Shown piece after piece: positions 10,210 to 19,375 of a stretch of DNA of 64,000 nt. This DNA is from an uncultured bacterium (lineage in GTDB: Bacteria > Krumholzibacteriota > Krumholzibacteriia > Krumholzibacteriales > Krumholzibacteriaceae). The stretch covers positions 1 to 64,000 of the forward strand of contig CAWFAD010000016.1 of the NCBI GenBank assembly GCA_963813815.1. The letters run 5' to 3'. The position numbers were made by a program, and so were the translations under genes. Position 1 is the first letter of the stretch. Every line of letters starts with the position of its first letter. Below the pieces are notes generated by a model. The model was not told the origin of the DNA and made no database searches. It saw nothing but the letters and a program-made list of their open reading frames with translations.

Positions 10210-11490
10210 ATGAAGATGAAAAAGATATCTCTCGCAGCGCTCGTGCTCATCGTCCTCCCGCTCGTCGTTCCGGCGCCGGGACAGGCGATTCCCGCGTTCG
10301 CGCGCAAATACGGATTCAACTGCATGATGTGCCATACGGCCTATCCGAAGCTCAACGATTGGGGACAGCGCTACCGCGACAACGGCTATCAGCTTCCGGG
10401 CCAGACGGGCAAGGAAAAGACCATATTCGATTCGCACACGCCGATCTCGCTTCGCACGGGCGCCGCGCTGAACGGGTACACGGTGAAGCCGGGCGAGGAC
10501 ATGAACGCCTTGACGACCTCGGGCTTCGGTCTCAGGGGGCTCGACCTCCTCGCGGCGGGCGTGCTGCACAAGAACGTCTCGGTGCTCGTCATCTACACGC
10601 CGCGCATCGACGAGCCCTACGCCGACTATACCGGCACGGCCGAGTCGCAGCCCGGCGCGCTGGAGTCGGCGAACATCGTTTTCAGCAACATACTGCCGGG
10701 CGCCCTCAACGTGCGCGTCGGCCGGTTCGAGCCGGCCTTCCATCAGATGAGCTCGAAACGGTCGTACTATCTCACGCAGCCGTACGAGATCTACGGCTTC
10801 GCGCCGAACTCCACCGGGTTCGTATTCGACGACAATCAGATAGGCATCGAGGCCACGGGGTGGTTCCGGTCGGGGCTCAAGTACGCGGCCGGCGTCGTGA
10901 ACGGCACGGGCGCGGCCCCGGACAACAACAAGTGGAAGGACGTTTACGGGAGCCTGACGTACACGCTGGGGGCCGGCGACGGCCAGAACGCGGGGCAGCG
11001 CTTCGGCGTCTTCGCGTACTACGGCAAGGCGCCCCTTTCGCTCCACGACAACACGGTCGTCTCGCCGACGGGCGAGGCGCCGGGCTGCAGCGGCGACCCG
11101 TACTACCGCGCCGGCGGATCGGCGAGCTTCAACTGGAAAACGCTGAACCTCGGCGCGATGTACGTGTGGGGAAGCGACGACGAGGGCTTCAATCTCGCGA
11201 ATCCTTTGGAGAGCTACGACTACAGCGGCGGGTTCGTCGAGCTCGACTGGGCGGGGCTCTGGAACAACCGGCTCGTCGCCTCCGCTCTCTACAACTGGAT
11301 CGCGCCGCCCGATGAAGACGCGGGAAGCGCCAAGCTCAACGCCTACGCCGGTCTCGTGCGTTACTATATCGGCGACTGGAGCGCGGTGAACGTGGCGCTC
11401 CACGGCGAATACGCGTACCGGACGCTCGAGCTCGGAGAGGAGACGACGAAGGAGCATCTCTACACGATGCTCGTCGACTTCGCCTTCTAG
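10210..11490 (+). CDS. Cyc2-like fused monoheme cytochrome c / outer-membrane porin
   Basis: Signal peptide then IPAFARKYGFNCMMCHTAYPKLN..G..Y..NGY; beta-barrel body ending in F. Confidence 0.75.
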   Translation: MKMKKISLAALVLIVLPLVVPAPGQAIPAFARKYGFNCMMCHTAYPKLNDWGQRYRDNGYQLPGQTGKEKTIFDSHTPISLRTGAALNGYTVKPGEDMNALTTSGFGLRGLDLLAAGVLHKNVSVLVIYTPRIDEPYADYTGTAESQPGALESANIVFSNILPGALNVRVGRFEPAFHQMSSKRSYYLTQPYEIYGFAPNSTGFVFDDNQIGIEATGWFRSGLKYAAGVVNGTGAAPDNNKWKDVYGSLTYTLGAGDGQNAGQRFGVFAYYGKAPLSLHDNTVVSPTGEAPGCSGDPYYRAGGSASFNWKTLNLGAMYVWGSDDEGFNLANPLESYDYSGGFVELDWAGLWNNRLVASALYNWIAPPDEDAGSAKLNAYAGLVRYYIGDWSAVNVALHGEYAYRTLELGEETTKEHLYTMLVDFAF

Positions 11491-11509
11491 CGGATTGCGG
11501 AGCGTATTC

Positions 11510-12419
11510 GTGGCCAAGGGTCTCATCTTCGACATCAGGCGATACTCGATCCACGACGGGCCGGGCATCCGGACGACCGTTTTCTTCAAGGGCTGCCCGC
11601 TCGCGTGCTTCTGGTGCCACAACCCCGAGAGCCAGTCCCCCGCTCCGGAGCTCCTCTATCGCGAAAACCGCTGCCTGCGCTGCAGGGCGTGCGCGGCCGC
11701 CTGCATGAACGAGGCGATCTCGTGGAAAGGCGACGTTCCCGTCGTCGATCCGGAGCGCTGCGAGCGATGCGGCGCCTGCGAGGACACCTGCGCCGCCGAC
11801 GCGCGCGAGCTCGTCGGACGCGAGATGTCGGTCGACGAGGTCATGTCGGAGGTGGAGCGCGACCTGCCGTTCTACGAGGAGTCAGGGGGCGGCGTGACGC
11901 TCTCGGGGGGCGAGCCGCTCCTCCAGCCGGAGTTCGCGCTCGAGCTCCTCGAAGCGTGCAAGGCCGGCGGCATGCACACCGCCCTCGACACCTGCGGGTG
12001 CGCGCCGTGGGAGACGCTCGACCGGCTGCGGCCGCTCGTCGACCTCTTCCTCTACGACGTCAAGCTCATCGACGACGACAAGGCATCGGAGGTTCACCGG
12101 GGCCTCGAACGAGGCGTTGCTCAAGAATCTGGAATTGCTTTCGCGCCACGGCCACAACATTATTGTTGTCGTGCCCGTCATTCCCGGGGTGAACGACGAC
12201 GCCGAGTCCGTCCAGCTGCTCGGCGCCTTCGCGGCGGGGCTGCCGTCCCAGAGAGGCGTCGTCCTGCTGCCGTTTCACCGCCTCGGCATCGACAAGCACA
12301 AGCTCCTCGGACGCGAGCACCCCTTTCCCGGCCTCGAGGCGCCCGCCGAGGAGAAGATCGCGGAGATATCGAGAACGCTCGTCGGATACGGGCTTCGCGT
12401 GAGCGTCGGAGGCTCATGA
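11510..12419 (+). CDS. Glycyl-radical enzyme activating protein (radical SAM, with ferredoxin insert); +1 frameshift near 12082
   Basis: HDGPGIRTTVFFKGCPLACFWCHNPES, two CxxCxxC clusters, GGVTLSGGEP; C-terminus continues in ORF 12117..12419. Confidence 0.9.
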
Positions 12420-12420
12420 C

Positions 12421-14784
12421 ATGATGACGGATCGCGTGAGAAGGCTTCGCGAGGAGAGCCTCGCCGCGAAGCCATGGATCTCGACCGAGCGCGCCGAGCT
12501 CATCACCGAGTTTTACGGCGCGCACGGCGGGTTCATGTCGGAGCCGGTCCGGCGCGCGCTCGCCTTCAAGTACCTCCTCGAGCACATGACGATCCATTTC
12601 GGCGAGGGCGAGCTCATCGTCGGCGAAAAGGGGCCCGCGCCGAAGGCGACCCCGACCTTCCCCGAGCTCTGCTGCCACAGCCTCGACGATCTCGACATCC
12701 TGAGCTCGCGCGAGAAGATCCCCTACGCCGTGAGCGAGGAGGCCCGGCGCGTCTACGCGAAGATGATCATCCCCTTCTGGACCGGGCGCTCCGTGCGAGA
12801 CCTCATTTTCAGGGAGATGACCGACGACTGGAAGGCCGCGTACGACGCGGGCGTGTTCACCGAGTTCATGGAGCAGCGCGCCCCGGGTCACACGGTCCTC
12901 GACGACAAGATCTACCGGAAGGGCATGCTCGATTTTCAAAAGGACATCGAGCGGAGCTTCGCCTCCCTCGACTACCTGAAAGACCCCCGCGCCTACGCGA
13001 AGGAGCAGGAGCTCTTCGCCATGCACCTCGCCTCGGCCGCGCTCGTCTGCTTCGCCGAGCGTCACGCGGAGCGGGCGCGCGAGCTCGCCGGCTGCGAGGC
13101 CGATCCCGCGCGGCGGGCGGAGCTCGAGCGGATCGCGCAGGTCTGCGCCCGGGTGCCCGCGCACGCGCCGCGCGATTTTCACGAGGCGATCCAGTATTAC
13201 TGGTTCGTGCATCTCGGCGTCACGATCGAGCTCAACACGTGGGACTCGTTCTCGCCGGGGCACCTCGACCGGCACCTCGAGCCGTTCTACCGCGCGGGGC
13301 TCGAGGACGGCACGCTCACGCGCGAGCGCGCGGAGGAGCTCCTCCAGTGCCTCTGGATAAAGTTCAACAACCAGCCCGCGCCCCCCAAGGTCGGCGTCAC
13401 CGCCGCCGAGAGCGGCACGTACACGGATTTCGCGCAGATCAACGCCGGCGGGCTCCTCGAGGACGGAGCCGACGGCGTGAGCGACGTCACCTACCTCATC
13501 CTCGACGTCGTCGAGGAGATGCGCCTCCTGCAGCCGAGCTCGTCCATACAGGTGAGCAGGAAGAACCCCGACCGGTTCATCAGGCGCGCCGCGAAGATCA
13601 TCGGGACGGGCTTCGGGCAACCCTCGGTCTTCAACTCGGACCTCATCGTCGAGGAGCTCGTCCGGCAGGGCAAATCGATCGCCGACGCCCGCAGCGGCGG
13701 CTCGAGCGGCTGCGTCGAGGTCGGCGCCTTCGGCAAGGAGAACTACAACCTCACCGGCTACTTCAACATGCCGAAGGCGCTCGAGATCGCCCTCCACGAC
13801 GGCGTCGATCCGCGCACGGGAAGCCTCATCGGCCCCAAGACGGGCGATCCGCGGGGATTTCGGAGCTTTGACGAGCTCCTCGGCGCCTTCGAGCGCCAGG
13901 TCCGGCATTTCGTCGACATCAAGATCCGGGGGAACAACGTCATCGAGAGGCTCTACGCCGACTTCATGCCGGCGCCGTTCCTTTCGCTCCTCATCGACGA
14001 CTGCGTCGAGCGCGGGCGCGACTACCACGACGGGGGCGCGCGGTACAACACAAGCTACATCCAGGGAGTCGGGCTCGGCACGATGGCGGACGCGATGACG
14101 GCGATGAAATACCACGTCTTCGACGAGATCGCCGTTCCGATGGAGGACTTTCTCTCGGCGCTCGCGGCCGATTTCGCGAGGCACGAGCGGCTGCGGCAGA
14201 CGCTCCTCAACAAGACTCCCCGCTACGGCAACGACGACGATTACGCGGACGACGTCATGGTCCGGATATTCGAGGTCTACTTCAACGCCATCGACGGACG
14301 CCCCAACACGAAGGGGGGCGTCTACCACATCAACCTGCTCCCGACGACCGTTCACGTCTACTTCGGGTCGGTGACGGGGGCGACCCCCGACGGGCGCAGG
14401 GCCCGGGCGCCCCTTTCAGAAGGGATCTCCCCCGTGCAGGGCGCGGACCGCCGCGGCCCCACGGCCGTGCTCCGCTCCGTCGCCAAGATGGATCACGTGC
14501 GGACCGGCGGCACGCTCCTCAACCTGAAGTTCACGCCGCAGCTTCTCGCGGACGAGACGGGTCTCGACAAGCTCGTGCACCTCATCCGGGGATTCTTCCG
14601 GCTCGACGGACACCACGTGCAGTTCAACGTGGTCGACGCGGGGACGCTCCGCGCCGCGCAGACGAACCCAGAGCTGTACCGCAGCCTCATCGTCCGGGTG
14701 GCCGGCTACAGCGATTACTTCTGCGATCTCGGCAAGGCGCTCCAGGACGAGATCATCGCGCGCACCGAGCACGCGGAGCTCTAG
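12421..14784 (+). CDS. hypD: trans-4-hydroxy-L-proline dehydratase (glycyl radical enzyme)
   Basis: Motifs I recall from C. difficile HypD: FTEFMEQRAPGHTV, KFNNQPAPPKVG..ESxTYTDFA, SGCVE, LTGY, LPTT; Gly loop RVAGYS. Confidence 0.9.
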   Translation: MMTDRVRRLREESLAAKPWISTERAELITEFYGAHGGFMSEPVRRALAFKYLLEHMTIHFGEGELIVGEKGPAPKATPTFPELCCHSLDDLDILSSREKIPYAVSEEARRVYAKMIIPFWTGRSVRDLIFREMTDDWKAAYDAGVFTEFMEQRAPGHTVLDDKIYRKGMLDFQKDIERSFASLDYLKDPRAYAKEQELFAMHLASAALVCFAERHAERARELAGCEADPARRAELERIAQVCARVPAHAPRDFHEAIQYYWFVHLGVTIELNTWDSFSPGHLDRHLEPFYRAGLEDGTLTRERAEELLQCLWIKFNNQPAPPKVGVTAAESGTYTDFAQINAGGLLEDGADGVSDVTYLILDVVEEMRLLQPSSSIQVSRKNPDRFIRRAAKIIGTGFGQPSVFNSDLIVEELVRQGKSIADARSGGSSGCVEVGAFGKENYNLTGYFNMPKALEIALHDGVDPRTGSLIGPKTGDPRGFRSFDELLGAFERQVRHFVDIKIRGNNVIERLYADFMPAPFLSLLIDDCVERGRDYHDGGARYNTSYIQGVGLGTMADAMTAMKYHVFDEIAVPMEDFLSALAADFARHERLRQTLLNKTPRYGNDDDYADDVMVRIFEVYFNAIDGRPNTKGGVYHINLLPTTVHVYFGSVTGATPDGRRARAPLSEGISPVQGADRRGPTAVLRSVAKMDHVRTGGTLLNLKFTPQLLADETGLDKLVHLIRGFFRLDGHHVQFNVVDAGTLRAAQTNPELYRSLIVRVAGYSDYFCDLGKALQDEIIARTEHAEL

Positions 14785-14850
14785 GGCCGGACGGCTTCCC
14801 GCCGGCGGCCGGCCCGCCAGCGGCGACCGGGGAGATTCGGAGGCGCTTTC

Positions 14851-15834
14851 ATGGGCCCGAGCGACAGGCCGAAATACGACGGCGGCGCCTCGCGGCTCCG
14901 CCCGACGGGAACGATCGTGGGCGGCTACCGCCTCGGCGAAAAGATCGACGAGCGCGGCGCGGGCCTCGTCTACCGGGCCGTCGACACGAAGCTCGGCCGC
15001 ACGGTGGCGCTCAAGTTTCTCCACCCCGACCTCACGCGCGACCCGAAGGCGCGGGGCCGCTTCGTCCAAGAAGCGCGGGCCGCCTCCTCCCTCGACCATC
15101 CCAACATCTGCACCATCTTTCAGATCGACGAAACGGACGACGGGGAAATATTTCTCGCGATGGCGCACTACGAGGGGGAGATGCTCTCGAGGCGCCTCGC
15201 GCGAGGTCCGCTCCCGCTCGAGGAGGCGATCGACGTCGCCGCGCAGGCGGCGCAGGGGCTCTCGAAAGCGCACGCCCGGAACATCGTCCACCGCGACATC
15301 TCGCCGGCGAACATTTTCATCACGGTCGACGGCCTCGTGAAGATACTCGATTTCGGCGTCGCGAAGCTCGCCGGCGAGGCGAAGCCCGCGCGAGGGGCGG
15401 CGCCCGCGGCGTCCCGATACGCGTCTCCGGAGCAGGCGCGCGGCGGCGAGGAGGACGAGCGGAGCGACATCTGGTCGCTCGGCGCCGTGCTGTACGCGAT
15501 GGTGTCGGGGCGCCCGCCCGGGGATTCCCGGCCGCCCGGCGCTCTCCGGCCCGGCGCTCCCGCGGAGCTCGCGAGGATCGTCGGCAAGGCGCTCGCCGCG
15601 AGCGCCGCCGATCGCTACCAGCACGCCGAGGATCTCATGGTGGATCTCAAGCGTCTCGCGAAGTCGACCGCCCTCGACGGCGTCGCTTCGCAGATACTCG
15701 GCCGCGGGCGGGAGAGCGCGCCGGAGGCGATGCGGCGCCCGCGGAGGGCGATCATCGTGGCTCTCTGCGTCGCGATCGCCGCGCTCGCCCTCGCCGCGAT
15801 CGCTGCGATCCTCATGAGAGCCGCCGCCCGGTAA
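14851..15834 (+). CDS. Hanks-type Ser/Thr protein kinase with C-terminal TM helix
   Basis: VALK, HPNI, HRDISPANI, DFG, YASPEQ, SDIWSLG. Confidence 0.85.
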   Translation: MGPSDRPKYDGGASRLRPTGTIVGGYRLGEKIDERGAGLVYRAVDTKLGRTVALKFLHPDLTRDPKARGRFVQEARAASSLDHPNICTIFQIDETDDGEIFLAMAHYEGEMLSRRLARGPLPLEEAIDVAAQAAQGLSKAHARNIVHRDISPANIFITVDGLVKILDFGVAKLAGEAKPARGAAPAASRYASPEQARGGEEDERSDIWSLGAVLYAMVSGRPPGDSRPPGALRPGAPAELARIVGKALAASAADRYQHAEDLMVDLKRLAKSTALDGVASQILGRGRESAPEAMRRPRRAIIVALCVAIAALALAAIAAILMRAAAR

Positions 15835-15841
15835 CGAAGAA

Positions 15842-15864
15842 GGGGCGGAGAAGACCTCCGCCCC
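15842..15864. terminator. Hairpin between convergent genes
   Basis: GGGGCGGAG-aagac-CTCCGCCCC, perfect 9-bp stem. Confidence 0.55.
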
Positions 15865-15903
15865 CAGACCGGCGCGCCTCCCGCCTCGCAGGACGACTCC
15901 CCG

Positions 15904-16155
15904 TCAATCCCGCCGCCCGCCCTTCGCCCTCCGGTAGAAACCCGTGCCCACCATAGCGAGCGCGATGATCGCGAGCGTCGTGTGCGCGAGCACGTTGCTC
16001 TGGTTCATCCAGGCTTTGATCGCCGCCGCGACGAAATAGACCGCGAGGGCGAGCTGCGCGAAGAAGACCACCGGGCTCGACGCGAAGCGCTTCAGGTAGA
16101 GGCTCAGCGCGAACCCGGCCAGCATGAGAACGACTATGAGAATCGTCGCTGCCAT
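15904..16155 (-). CDS. Small three-TM membrane protein
   Basis: 83 aa, three hydrophobic segments, basic C-tail; AGGAGG RBS overlapping the stop of the upstream gene. Confidence 0.7.
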   Translation of the reverse strand: MAATILIVVLMLAGFALSLYLKRFASSPVVFFAQLALAVYFVAAAIKAWMNQSNVLAHTTLAIIALAMVGTGFYRRAKGGRRD

Positions 16156-16164
16156 CGATCCCTC

Positions 16165-16794
16165 CTAGGAGCAGGCTTCATTAACCCACCCGCCGAGACA
16201 GTAGGAGCAGAGCGCCTGATAGGCGCAGACGAAATAGACCCCTATGTTCATCGCGGCGATGGACGCGTTGGCGCACGTGAGCAATGCTACCAAAAACGGG
16301 ACCCATTTGCACGTCACGACACCCTTCTCCGGCGGATCGAGCGGAATGGCGACCTCGTCGTCCGAGAGGAGCCGGACGCCGGACCCGCCCTCGGCCGCCG
16401 CGGCGCCGGTCACGAGGGCCCCGAGGGCCGGAAAGCGGGCAAAGAGCCCATCCCGAAGCGCCTCGAGCCTCTGCCGCAGGAACGCGGCCTCCTCCTCGGA
16501 ATAGCCGAGCGTCGCCGCGAGATCCTTCGACCCGGCGGCCTGCAGCCGCGCGAGGTCGTCCACCGTCATGCCGCGCTCCGCGAGCCGCGCGGCCCCCTCC
16601 TGGAGCATTTCGATGAGCTCCCGGGTTTCCGGCGAGGCTCCGAGCTCCTCCTCGGCGCGTTCGAGCTCCGCGACGGCGGCCTCGCGCGTCCACAAGGTCT
16701 CCTCGGGGGGCTCGACCGGCTCTTCCGTCGCGCAGGAAAACGGGGCGCCTGCGATCGCCACAACGAGCATCAGAGAGAGCAGCTTTCTCGTCAT
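16165..16794 (-). CDS. Lipoprotein with Cys-rich hydrophobic C-terminal domain
   Basis: Lipobox PFSC; acidic helical body; last ~48 aa hydrophobic with 6 Cys; GGAGG RBS. Confidence 0.75.
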   Translation of the reverse strand: MTRKLLSLMLVVAIAGAPFSCATEEPVEPPEETLWTREAAVAELERAEEELGASPETRELIEMLQEGAARLAERGMTVDDLARLQAAGSKDLAATLGYSEEEAAFLRQRLEALRDGLFARFPALGALVTGAAAAEGGSGVRLLSDDEVAIPLDPPEKGVVTCKWVPFLVALLTCANASIAAMNIGVYFVCAYQALCSYCLGGWVNEACS

Positions 16795-17070
16795 CCTCCC
16801 TCACCTCCTACCCGTCCCGCATAACAAGTTCGGTTCCATCGCCGCACCGAGTCGAGAAATGCGGGGGAGCGGAGGAGAGGTCGGCAGGGGCTCGAAGCAA
16901 CGGACTTTATTTCAATGGGTTGCGCGAGCCGTGCGCGAGCCTCGAGCGAGGCCCGCGTCGAGGGCCGGGAGGCCAGAGAGAAACCGCATCGTCGGGGGCG
17001 TAAACTCCGTCGACGGCGCCGGAGGCCGGGGCGGGCCCGCCCCGCGGCCGGGCCGGGGCCGGCGCGAGCG

Positions 17071-17595
17071 TTAACCGCGTTGACCGGGAGGAACCGGCGG
17101 CTGCACCGCCCGCGAGTCGGGCGCCGAGAGCAGGAGGTCGCGGAGCTCCCTCGTCGCCTTTTCCACCTCGGGCGAAAGCGGCTCGCCGAGCTTCATGCTT
17201 TTCGGCTGGATGCCGACGAGAATCGCCTCTCCGCGCCAGACCTCGCGGAGGAACTGGATGCTGAAGTGAAGCGAAAGCCGGTGGGTGTTGCTCGCCGAGC
17301 GCATGAGATCCTCGATCGGGATGACGCGCCATTCGCCCGGCTCGCCGTCGAACACGACGGCGTCCACGAAGACGACCGCCTCGAGCCCCTGCTTCCCCGG
17401 CCATCCGCCGTAGTTCTCCGGGACCTCGGCGGCGTTCACGACCGGGAACGGGGCGTTTGAGGCGACGAGCAGATTCGCGAGCGCCGGCCCCGCGCCGTCA
17501 TCCCCCTTGAGCTCGTTCCCGACGCCGACCACGCCGAAGCGCTTGCCGGCGAGGCGGGAGGCGAGGGTTCGTGCCGAGGAATCGTTCATACCCAT
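17071..17595 (-). CDS. hycI: Hydrogenase maturation endopeptidase (HycI-like)
   Basis: GVGNELKGDDGAG, VPEN, VDAV, SNTH, GIQP motifs; last gene of the hydrogenase cluster. Confidence 0.9.
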   Translation of the reverse strand: MGMNDSSARTLASRLAGKRFGVVGVGNELKGDDGAGPALANLLVASNAPFPVVNAAEVPENYGGWPGKQGLEAVVFVDAVVFDGEPGEWRVIPIEDLMRSASNTHRLSLHFSIQFLREVWRGEAILVGIQPKSMKLGEPLSPEVEKATRELRDLLLSAPDSRAVQPPVPPGQRG

Positions 17596-17619
17596 AAAAA
17601 AGGCCCCGGAGCGGGGCCT
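17596..17619 (-). terminator. Intrinsic terminator-like hairpin immediately upstream of hycI
   Basis: Minus strand AGGCCCCG-ctc-CGGGGCCT followed by a T-run. Confidence 0.55.
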
Positions 17620-17647
17620 GTGTCCTTCGCCGCGATGGCCCGGCCCG

Positions 17648-18271
17648 TCAGCTCTCTCCCCATTCGTCGCTCAGAATGTAGGAAGAGCGGCAGTTCGGGC
17701 ACAGGACGCGCATGAAGTCGCTCCGCTCGAGCGGCCGCGGGTCGCGCGGGGCGACGTCCCGGGCGGCGCCGAGCATCTGGTGGCTCGCCACGGTCAGGGT
17801 CTGGTTCGCGTAGCTGAGCTCGCCGAGCTTGTCGCACATCCATCGCACGTGGTCGAGCGCCGTGATGGGGCTCCCGCAGCTTTCGCAGAACAGGAGCTCC
17901 TTGTCGTGCGTGTCCACGAAATCCGCCGGGTCGGTGGTCGATTTGTCGAAATCCTTGTCGAGGACGATGCCCTTCTTGGTGATGCAGTAGACGAAGCACT
18001 GGCTGCACATGATGCAGTTGCCCCAGTTGCGCTCGATGCGGCGCACCATCCGCTTCTTGTCCTCGCGATACTCGTCGACGACCGTGATCGCGCCCGCGGG
18101 GCAGACCTGGCCGCAGGCGCCGCAGCCGACGCACTCCTCGGGGTCGTAGGTCGGCACGCCGCGGAAATGCTCGGGCACCGTCGCCGGAACCTTGGGGAAC
18201 TTGGACGTGTACGGGCCCTTGATGAGGGCGATGGCCGCCTCTCTCAGCTCTCTCAATTTCGGCTTGCGCAT
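17648..18271 (-). CDS. NuoI/MbhN-like polyferredoxin subunit
   Basis: FRG..YDPEECVGCGACGQVCP and CIMCSQCFVYC, plus extra CESC and CPNC. Confidence 0.88.
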   Translation of the reverse strand: MRKPKLRELREAAIALIKGPYTSKFPKVPATVPEHFRGVPTYDPEECVGCGACGQVCPAGAITVVDEYREDKKRMVRRIERNWGNCIMCSQCFVYCITKKGIVLDKDFDKSTTDPADFVDTHDKELLFCESCGSPITALDHVRWMCDKLGELSYANQTLTVASHQMLGAARDVAPRDPRPLERSDFMRVLCPNCRSSYILSDEWGES

Positions 18272-18296
18272 GCTACTTCACAACTCCCGGTGCGGC

Positions 18297-18641
18297 TCAC
18301 GACTTGTCTTCGGCGCCCTCGCGGTCCTCGGCGTACTTGTCCACGTAGCTGCCTTCCCACAGCCGGATTCCCGACCGGTGGGCGGCACGCGATATCGCGT
18401 GCGCGGCCGTGGGCGAGGTGATGAGAATGAACCATATGCAGACCAGCGCCTTGACGCTGATCGCGTTGAATCCCGTGAAGAAGAGGACGCTCAGCAGGAT
18501 CGCGGAGGTGCCGAGCGTCACGCACTTCGTGCCCGCCTGGAGGCGGTTGTACACGTCGGGAAGGCGCAGGAGCCCGATGCAGCCGAGCACGTCGAAGCCG
18601 ATGCCGACGGACAGCAGGATGTATCCGATCGTCTCATTCAT
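18297..18641 (-). CDS. mnhG: Mrp antiporter subunit G
   Basis: GLLRLPDVYNRLQAGTK, TSPTAAHAISRAA. Confidence 0.92.
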   Translation of the reverse strand: MNETIGYILLSVGIGFDVLGCIGLLRLPDVYNRLQAGTKCVTLGTSAILLSVLFFTGFNAISVKALVCIWFILITSPTAAHAISRAAHRSGIRLWEGSYVDKYAEDREGAEDKS

Positions 18642-18888
18642 CGAAACCCCTTCCCTCGAGATACTTGGCGAGCGCCAGCGTCCCGATGAAGCTGAGAAGG
18701 GCCCATGAGATGGCGATGTTCATGTAGAGGTCTCTCTTCGTGATGATCGACCATATCGCGCAGAACCCGACGACGAGCGTGCCGAGGATATCGATGGCCA
18801 CGGTCCGGTCCGGCGCCGTCGGCCCCCGCCCCACGCGGTAGAGGCACATGAAAATGCACGCCAGCAGCAATATGATAAAGATGTTCAC
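18634..18888 (-). CDS. mnhF: Mrp antiporter subunit F
   Basis: GTG start; GPTAPDRTVAID, ALLSFIGTLALAKYL. Confidence 0.92.
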   Translation of the reverse strand: MNIFIILLLACIFMCLYRVGRGPTAPDRTVAIDILGTLVVGFCAIWSIITKRDLYMNIAISWALLSFIGTLALAKYLEGRGFDE

Positions 18889-19370
18889 TCGAATATCCTT
18901 TCGAGAAGCCGCTCGAACTGGCTCACGATAATCTCCGTGTCCTTCTGGATATCCGGGGAAACCACGTTGATCCAGTGGATGTAGAGATGGTCGCCGACGA
19001 TGTCGACGCTCATCGTGCCGGGGGTCAGCGTGATCGAATTCGCGAGGAACGTCCGCCCCATGTCGCTCTTGAGCTTCGTGCGCACCTTGACGATCCCGGG
19101 CTTGATCGGAAGATAGATGTTGAGCACGCGGTAGGCGACGTCGAAGTTGGCCTTGATCATCGCCCAGAGAAACACCCAGAAGTACACGAACAGCCAGAAG
19201 AAGCGGCGCGGATGGAAGATCTTGACCCCCTCGACGGGGAATATGTCGCCGAGCAGGAGATCGGCGAGGAGCGCGATGACGACGCCGGCGAGCACTTCCT
19301 GCCACTGGAACGACCACGTGAGCAGCAGCCAGACCGTCAAGATAATGAAGAAATGCAGGAACCGCTTCAT
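18885..19370 (-). CDS. mnhE: Mrp antiporter subunit E
   Basis: ANFDVA, IKPGIV, LANSITLTPGT, LYIHWI. Confidence 0.92.
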   Translation of the reverse strand: MKRFLHFFIILTVWLLLTWSFQWQEVLAGVVIALLADLLLGDIFPVEGVKIFHPRRFFWLFVYFWVFLWAMIKANFDVAYRVLNIYLPIKPGIVKVRTKLKSDMGRTFLANSITLTPGTMSVDIVGDHLYIHWINVVSPDIQKDTEIIVSQFERLLERIFE

Positions 19371-19375
19371 CCTGT

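Noticed and set aside
12421..14784. Pyruvate formate-lyase or choline TMA-lyase
   Set aside because: Single-Cys GCVE loop rather than the PFL CC pair, and HypD-type motifs throughout
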